In this document: positions 19,782-25,537 of the stretch, in pieces
Numbering within the stretch: the first letter of the stretch is position 1
How the letters are laid out: every line of letters starts with the position of its first letter
Assembly (NCBI RefSeq): GCF_008000775.2
Contig: NZ_CP042905.2
Span: 1,500,001 to 1,532,000 of the forward strand
Length of the DNA stretch: 32,000 nucleotides
From: Promethearchaeum syntrophicum
GTDB lineage: Archaea; Asgardarchaeota; Lokiarchaeia; Sigyniarchaeales; Promethearchaeaceae
Direction of reading: 5' to 3'
Program-made: the position numbers and the translations under genes
The notes under the pieces: model-generated
Database searches by the model: none
Seen by the model: the letters and a program-made list of their open reading frames with translations, nothing else
Told to the model about the DNA's origin: nothing

Positions 19782-21197
19782 TTAAGATCCTCTTGCTACC
19801 CAAAGCTGCAATTTAAGATATGATTTAGGCTCTATTTCACGGAAGGTAAATCTTTTCAACCAATATCCATTTAAGAATTTAAGAATAATATTTCTCCCTT
19901 TTCCCATTAACCATTCAAAACTAAATCTATTGTTAAATTTTTTCCAGATCTGAATAATCAAAAACCAAGATAGAAGAACTGTAGATACATATAAAATTAT
20001 TAAAGGAAAATTTGTTGAAAACGGTCCGTTATGCAAGAAAACAAATAGTAAATACCAACTTTGAGCAATTAACGGCTCTAAAATATAAATTGTTAAACTA
20101 AGATCGCTGTATTTTCTGATAAATTTTAAGAACCTTCTCTCTTTTTTCTTTATTTTTTTTTTTTTCTTCGAAGCTCTTACATCGAAAAAGTAATAACATA
20201 TTCCCAAAAGATAAATCATTAATCCAATATTTAAGCATTGCATTTGTAATAGAACAAGTTCATTTGCGAATGTCCCTATCATATCAAATCCATAAATAAA
20301 GCTAATTGCAAATACCATAATAAAACCCGTTCCAGAAATTATTACCCATCTAAATATTTCTTTAAACGGTACTTTCCCTGCAATAAGGACCCCAAATGCA
20401 GCGCCAATTAATGCAAAAGCAAATACTGGAAACATTGCAAAGCGAGATCCGTAAATAGTGAGAAAAAGATAATATTTTAGATAGGATCGATCGCTCCATA
20501 AAGATTCTTTTATCATCATAACTTCAGAATCTGAAACCATCCCTCTAAGATAACTAGTGATAAGGAAAACTGCAATTGCTAGAATTATTAAAGTTTTAGC
20601 CGTTTGTTTCGGTTTTGCTTTCTGATTTTTCCACATTATATAAAAAAATAAAGATAATAGCAGTCCTGAAAGTGCCATTGATTCCAAAGTATTACATGTA
20701 AATAAATGCAGAAATTCTGGGATTGAAAGATTTCCTGTTTCAAGAGATCCACTAAAAAGTGAATGTGTTACATACGGGTGATCCAACGTTCTCCCACTAA
20801 AGAAGAACAAGCTGATCTTGGAAATAACTAGAAGCATTAGGCTATTTGCTACTCGTTTTTTTAAGCTCTCATTAAGAGATTCTGGATTTTCAAATACGCT
20901 GCTACCCAAATTATATCCGGTAGATGCGCCGCTAATAAATGTAAATACAGGACCCCATATCGATAAAAGAATGATCGGAAATGCTAAAATTGCCAAAATT
21001 AATGGAATTTCGTTGACAACTTTTTCAAATTCACTTCCCTGACTAGCAAAAACTCTTTGAATTATTGCGTGAAGGAAAATTACATAGAATATCATGAACC
21101 CTCGTATTACATCAAGCGCATGTAAACGTTTTGAACCTATCATAATCACCATAAAAGTATGGAATATTTTTAATTTGTTAAAAATACATAGTACCAT
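19782..21197 (-). CDS. Multi-TM acyltransferase-like protein (heparan-alpha-glucosaminide N-acetyltransferase/DUF1624-DUF418-like); start possibly 21143
   Basis: 'GSKRLHALDVIRGFMIFYVIFLHAI' typical N-terminal motif plus about ten hydrophobic segments. Confidence 0.65.
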   Translation of the reverse strand: MVLCIFNKLKIFHTFMVIMIGSKRLHALDVIRGFMIFYVIFLHAIIQRVFASQGSEFEKVVNEIPLILAILAFPIILLSIWGPVFTFISGASTGYNLGSSVFENPESLNESLKKRVANSLMLLVISKISLFFFSGRTLDHPYVTHSLFSGSLETGNLSIPEFLHLFTCNTLESMALSGLLLSLFFYIMWKNQKAKPKQTAKTLIILAIAVFLITSYLRGMVSDSEVMMIKESLWSDRSYLKYYLFLTIYGSRFAMFPVFAFALIGAAFGVLIAGKVPFKEIFRWVIISGTGFIMVFAISFIYGFDMIGTFANELVLLQMQCLNIGLMIYLLGICYYFFDVRASKKKKKIKKKERRFLKFIRKYSDLSLTIYILEPLIAQSWYLLFVFLHNGPFSTNFPLIILYVSTVLLSWFLIIQIWKKFNNRFSFEWLMGKGRNIILKFLNGYWLKRFTFREIEPKSYLKLQLWVARGS

Positions 21198-21361
21198 AGT
21201 AGATTTAACAATATAAATTTTTGTAAATCTACATAGTGATTAAATTTTAGAGTAGGTGGATAATTTGATAATAGTAAAATTTAGCAATGAAAAGACAAAA
21301 TGTGAGATAAAGAAATGAATAAAGGAAAGAATTTAGATAGCTTTTTTTTATTTTGATATTG

Positions 21362-21802
21362 TTAAGGCAAAGTTAATAGATTTAATCCTTTAATTCTCTT
21401 AAAATGATTTATATTACCTGTTAAAAGATCCCTATATGAAGATTTGAGGATGATGCTAGCAATTATGCAATCGAAATTTTCTATTTTTTTACCTTGAGAC
21501 ACTAATTGGTGATAGATTTCAGCACTTTTTATTGCTGTTTGGCTAGTCATATTATATACTTTTAAATTTTGGACTAAATTATTCAATGCTTGTCTTTCGT
21601 GTTTTAATTTTTCTTGCGCTACTTTTTGTTTTGAATATTCTAATTGATAAAACCCAAAATAAAGTTCATATACATTTGCTGATGTCGTTGCAATTTGATC
21701 ATATTGAGAAAAAATTGAAGATAAATCAACAGAATCAATATTTTCATGCAAAATGCCAATTAACACATCTGTATCTACAAATAAAACGTTTTGCAAAACC
21801 AT
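21362..21802 (-). CDS. PIN-domain ribonuclease toxin (VapC-like)
   Basis: 'VLFVDTDVLIGILHE' and '...FDCIIASIILKSSYRDLLTGNINHFKRI' PIN motifs; directly downstream of antitoxin-like gene. Confidence 0.83.
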   Translation of the reverse strand: MVLQNVLFVDTDVLIGILHENIDSVDLSSIFSQYDQIATTSANVYELYFGFYQLEYSKQKVAQEKLKHERQALNNLVQNLKVYNMTSQTAIKSAEIYHQLVSQGKKIENFDCIIASIILKSSYRDLLTGNINHFKRIKGLNLLTLP

Positions 21803-21814
21803 TTTAAAAATCTC

Positions 21815-22069
21815 TTAGTTTTCTCCATTAATTCGAGTGTTGAAAGATTTCTGCATTTGTTTCCTGGATTCTGCATAGGTTTCTATTGCAAATTTTTCAT
21901 ATTCAGGATCGTCTGATTTAGCAGCGCCATAAAATGAAAGAATTTTCTCTACATTTGAAGTGTTATCCAATAGACGTTCTATAATGTCGGAAAAACTTTC
22001 ATTGGTTTTTTTAGCTTTTTTTAAACGATTATACACATCTTGTTTAATTGAAATTTGTTGCGAAGCCAT
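21815..22069 (-). CDS. VapB-type antitoxin-like (84 aa)
   Basis: 'SQQISIKQDVYNRLKKAKKTNESFSDIIERLLDN' N-terminal DNA-binding signature; 12 nt upstream of the PIN toxin gene. Confidence 0.78.
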   Translation of the reverse strand: MASQQISIKQDVYNRLKKAKKTNESFSDIIERLLDNTSNVEKILSFYGAAKSDDPEYEKFAIETYAESRKQMQKSFNTRINGEN

Positions 22070-22437
22070 ATCAATATATAGACAATATATATATTTATTT
22101 TTTTCTGGTTCTTTTATTTATATTTATGAATATTATTATTTTCAAGGGAAAAAAAAATACGAAATAATAATTACAATATTAAATAAACAAAAAATAATCC
22201 AATCCCATGCTACCTTTACCAAATGTTCTGAATTTTGTTATATACAATTTATATTTTCAAATCCTTTCTCAAGTTAATTTGTAAAGCCTCTAAAATAACT
22301 TATCAAATTTTTTAATTTTTATAGTGTGTCATGAAGGTTTTTCTTACACACTAATTTTTCTTCAAAATAATGACTTAATTTTGATTATATTCGATTTATT
22401 AATGATACATATTTTTATTACACACTTTTTACGCAAC

Positions 22438-22446
22438 CTTTAAATA
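22438..22446 (+). promoter_or_regulatory. Candidate archaeal TATA box upstream of the small-ORF array
   Basis: 'cgcaacCTTTAAATA' about 53 nt before the first small ORF start; leaves room for a transcription start near 22470. Confidence 0.45.
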
Positions 22447-22498
22447 CTAGAGTCACCTTATTATAATTAGAACTTAGAAATTAAATCGGTGGAAAAAA

Positions 22499-22588
22499 AT
22501 GAAAAAAAATCGAAACTTATACGCAAAGAAAAACGCTTTTGATATGATGGTTCAGAATCCCGGATTAATCAGCTCAATCCGAGTATAA
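22499..22588 (+). CDS. Tandem small ORF copy 1 (29 aa): MKKNRNLYAKKNAFDMMVQNPGLISSIRV
   Basis: Preceded by 'cggtggaaaaaaATG'. Differences to other copies in the core are synonymous (GCT/GCC, GTT/GTA) or conservative (M/L, Q/E). Confidence 0.65.
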   Translation: MKKNRNLYAKKNAFDMMVQNPGLISSIRV

Positions 22589-22636
22589 AATTAATAAATA
22601 ATTTTTTAAAATAAAAAACTTAACAGTGAAAAAAAA

Positions 22637-22726
22637 ATGAAAAAAATATTAAAACTTTACATTAAAAAAAACGCCTTTGATCTGATGGTAGAGAATCCCG
22701 GATTAATCAGCTCAATCCGAGTATAA
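22637..22726 (+). CDS. Tandem small ORF copy 2 (29 aa): MKKILKLYIKKNAFDLMVENPGLISSIRV
   Basis: Preceded by 'acagtgaaaaaaaATG' (GTGA SD-like). Confidence 0.65.
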   Translation: MKKILKLYIKKNAFDLMVENPGLISSIRV

Positions 22727-22773
22727 AAATAATCAATAATTTTTTTAAATAAAAATCTAAACAGTGAAAAAAA

Positions 22774-22863
22774 ATGAAAAAAACTCAAAAAAAATACATT
22801 AAAAAAAACGCCTTTGATCTGATGGTAGAGAATCCCGGATTAATCAGCTCAATCCGAGTATAA
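22774..22863 (+). CDS. Tandem small ORF copy 3 (29 aa): MKKTQKKYIKKNAFDLMVENPGLISSIRV
   Basis: Preceded by 'acagtgaaaaaaaATG'. Confidence 0.65.
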   Translation: MKKTQKKYIKKNAFDLMVENPGLISSIRV

Positions 22864-22911
22864 AAATAATCAATAATTTTTTTAACTAAAAATCTAAACA
22901 GGGGAAAAAAA

Positions 22912-23010
22912 ATGAAAAATATGAAAAAAACTCAAAAAAAATACATTAAAAAAAACGCCTTTGATCTGATGGTAGAGAATCCCGGATTAATCAGCTCAAT
23001 CCGAGTATAA
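22912..23010 (+). CDS. Tandem small ORF copy 4 (32 aa): MKNMKKTQKKYIKKNAFDLMVENPGLISSIRV
   Basis: Preceded by 'aggggaaaaaaaATG'; alternative inner ATG at 22921 gives the same 29-aa form as copy 3. Confidence 0.65.
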   Translation: MKNMKKTQKKYIKKNAFDLMVENPGLISSIRV

Positions 23011-23188
23011 TATCAATAAAAATTTTTTCAAATTATATTGGGATGCAAAATGGCAAAATGAACATGTTAGGCATGTAATAACTAACAAATAATAAAAATA
23101 ATAATAATAACGCTCATAAAAATAATAAAATAAAAAAAACAACAATTATGATTATAAAAATAATAAATTGCAAACAAAAAATTGGTAG

Positions 23189-24364
23189 ATGATAATAATG
23201 ATAGAAAAAGATGACGATTATGATTTTGATGATGATTTAGACGAAGAAGACGAAGAAGACGAAGAAGAAGAAGAAGAAGACGAAGAAGACGAAGAAGAAG
23301 AGGATGATGATTATATGGATGACGAAGATGAAATTTCGGAAAGCCCAATGAAAATCTCGGGATCTATGAAACTTCCTGGGGGTAAAATAAATCGGGACTT
23401 AAGAGTCTCTGGGTCAGTTACGATAGATAGTGATTTTGAATGCGAACACTTGCGCGCATCAGGTTCTGTTTCTGCTTTAGGAAACATTACTGCCCATAAT
23501 GGAGTGAGATCCAGTGGATCATTTAATTGTAGAGGCAGTCTGTTCGCCGATGATGGAGTTGTAAAATTAACTTCTTCTTCGAATATCGAAGGAGATGTTA
23601 TACTTGAATGCATGATTAAAGCCTCAGGTTCGTTGCGCATTGGGGGAAGTTTACATGCTGAAGATTTAGCAAGGTTTAGCTCGAGTGTTTCCATCGGTTC
23701 AGATGCTGTGATAGATGGAGATATCAAAGTATCCGGAGGCTTCTCCTGTGGCGGATTATTAACTGCCGAAAAAAGCGCGCATTTTAGTGGAAGTGCTGAA
23801 ATTGGAAAGGATTGCGTTATTAATGAGAATCTTCATTCTTCAGGATCTTTTAATTGTAATGGTATGCTTCACGTAGATGAAAATACTCATTTCAGCAGTT
23901 CAGCATCGATTAAAAATGATGTTTTAATAAGTGGGTTTCTACATAGTTCGGGTTCCTTCAGCTGTGGGAGCAGTTGTGAAGCAGAAGCTGGTGTTAAATT
24001 TACAGGATCAAGTAAAATTAAAGGAAATTTGAGTTCTGAGAATACTATTGATATAATGGGTAGAGCAATAATAGGCAATAACGTAACCGCATCCAACCTT
24101 TATATTGGAGTGCATTCCAAAGGAATGAAAACACATTTGGAAAGTAGAGCATCGCGGATAGAGGGTAATGTCTCTGTTCAAAATCAAGTTCAATTGGAAG
24201 ATGCTTATGTAAATGGGGATCTTCGAGCTAGAACTGTGGATTTACTTAAAAATTCGGGTGTTGTAGGAACAATTTATTATGCTGATGAATTTAAAGCTCA
24301 TAAAGATGCAAAATATGGAGATGTTGTAAGAATTGATTCTGAAGATTTAGAGGAGAAAGAATAA
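23189..24364 (+). CDS. Bactofilin-like polymer-forming beta-helix protein with extreme Asp/Glu-rich N-terminus; start may be 23198
   Basis: Repeated 'L.ASGSV...GNI.A..GVRSSGSFNC.G.L.A......SS.S.I.GD' rungs characteristic of bactofilin-type beta-helices; N-terminal 'EEDEEDEEEEEEDEEDEEEEDDDYMDDEDE'. Confidence 0.72.
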   Translation: MIIMIEKDDDYDFDDDLDEEDEEDEEEEEEDEEDEEEEDDDYMDDEDEISESPMKISGSMKLPGGKINRDLRVSGSVTIDSDFECEHLRASGSVSALGNITAHNGVRSSGSFNCRGSLFADDGVVKLTSSSNIEGDVILECMIKASGSLRIGGSLHAEDLARFSSSVSIGSDAVIDGDIKVSGGFSCGGLLTAEKSAHFSGSAEIGKDCVINENLHSSGSFNCNGMLHVDENTHFSSSASIKNDVLISGFLHSSGSFSCGSSCEAEAGVKFTGSSKIKGNLSSENTIDIMGRAIIGNNVTASNLYIGVHSKGMKTHLESRASRIEGNVSVQNQVQLEDAYVNGDLRARTVDLLKNSGVVGTIYYADEFKAHKDAKYGDVVRIDSEDLEEKE

Positions 24365-24394
24365 ATAATAATTAGAAAAAAAAGGTGAAAAAAA

Positions 24395-25396
24395 ATGGCA
24401 CATTATGAAGAAGAAGAAGAAATTAAAAGATTGGGTGAAACAATTGATAGAATCAATGAACTAAATGAAAAAACATCTGATTTAATCGAAGATGCCAAAT
24501 CATACGCTCCTGATGCTGCTGATGTTGCAGATGATAAACTAGAAAATGCTAGAGAAAAATTAGATACTGCAAAAGAAAAACTGGGCAATACATGGGAGAT
24601 TTTACATGATTTTAAGGAAAGGGCTAGATTGGCTGCAGAAATCTATGATGAAGCACAAATGAGTGGAAATCCACAAATGGATGCCAAAGTTGAAAAAGCA
24701 AGATATACTGCTGAACGAACAAAAGCGAAACTTGAAGCATCAATTATGAAAACCTTAAGCAGTTTGGATAAAGCCAAAAATGCATCAGAAAAGGCTAATT
24801 CACGAGCGAATATTGCAGCTATTAAATCAAATGCAGCCGAATCCCGAGAAAAGGGAAAGAAAGTTCGTATAAATTTTACATTACCTGATGATATGAAACA
24901 ATCTTGGAAAGGTTTAGCAGATGACCTTAACATCTCAATTTCTCAAATGATAAGAACGGCAATGGATTCTTTTGAGAAAAATATAGACAATTTAGGGGAA
25001 TTAGGGGAATTAGGAGACTTTCATATTGAAAAAAAGAAGAAAAAGAAAGGAAAATTTAATGATCTAGAGCAAAGAATTGAGCGATGGGGAGATAAATTAG
25101 AAAAAAAATTTGAGCAAAAATATGAAAAATCTGGACAAGAAGGTGTTAAATTTTCAGAAGAAAACAAAGAAAAATTAAAGAAAAGATTAACCGGGTTCAT
25201 TAAAATTAATCAAAATATTCCTGTGGATAAATTTGCTCAAATATTAAATTGCTCAATTGCTCAAGCAGAGAATTTGATTTATGAATTAGCCGCAGAGGGA
25301 ATCGAAGGTTTTATGGAAAAAGGGGTATTCCGATATGAGAGCTCTACCGAAGAAGTTATTTCAGAACTTTTTAAAATCTTAGATCGGGAAGAGTAA
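24395..25396 (+). CDS. Coiled-coil / ribbon-helix-helix / winged-helix-like protein (333 aa)
   Basis: Long helical 'DKLENAREKLDTAKEKLGNT...SSLDKAKNASEKANSRAN'; 'KVRINFTLPDDMKQSWKGLADDLNISISQMIRTAMD' RHH-like; C-terminal 'KINQNIPVDKFAQILNCSIAQAENLIYELAAEGIEGFMEKGVFRY' wHTH-like. SD-like 'aaggtgaaaaaaaATG'; 30 nt from the upstream gene. Confidence 0.7.
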   Translation: MAHYEEEEEIKRLGETIDRINELNEKTSDLIEDAKSYAPDAADVADDKLENAREKLDTAKEKLGNTWEILHDFKERARLAAEIYDEAQMSGNPQMDAKVEKARYTAERTKAKLEASIMKTLSSLDKAKNASEKANSRANIAAIKSNAAESREKGKKVRINFTLPDDMKQSWKGLADDLNISISQMIRTAMDSFEKNIDNLGELGELGDFHIEKKKKKKGKFNDLEQRIERWGDKLEKKFEQKYEKSGQEGVKFSEENKEKLKKRLTGFIKINQNIPVDKFAQILNCSIAQAENLIYELAAEGIEGFMEKGVFRYESSTEEVISELFKILDREE

Positions 25397-25537
25397 TATA
25401 ACTAAATTTCCGAGTTTTTTTTTTTATTTCTTAAGGCATTTTCTGAAATTATAGTGTTATATATTTCATACATCTCTAATTTGAACAGATCTCATTATAA
25501 ATTAGCAAAAATTAAAAAAAATGGTTAAAAATAGAAT

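Larger units (their letters stand above)
22499..23010 (+). repeat. Four-copy tandem array, unit about 137-147 bp, each encoding a near-identical ~30-aa peptide
   Basis: Starts at 22499, 22637, 22774 and 22912 (internal ATG 22921). Last 33 nt (AATCCCGGATTAATCAGCTCAATCCGAGTATAA) identical in all four; last 66 nt identical in copies 2-4. Confidence 0.97.

Noticed and set aside
22499-23010. Tandem repeats initially considered as a CRISPR array
   Set aside because: Unit length is ~137-147 bp, spacers are themselves repeated, and each unit is a complete ORF with start, stop and upstream SD-like sequence; no cas genes nearby.
21362-23010. Peptide array as a third component (antitoxin/toxin peptides) of the neighbouring VapBC locus
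   Set aside because: The array is on the opposite strand, separated by ~430 nt with its own TATA-like element, and a complete toxin-antitoxin pair is already present; linkage remains possible but unsupported.
23082-23348. His/Leu-rich minus-strand ORF (HLRHPYNHHPLLLRLLRLLLLLLRLLRLLRL)
   Set aside because: Antisense artefact of the GAA/GAT-rich acidic tract of the bactofilin-like gene.
23311-24096. Minus-strand ORFs antisense to the bactofilin-like gene
   Set aside because: No domain features; the plus strand carries clear repetitive beta-helix coding.
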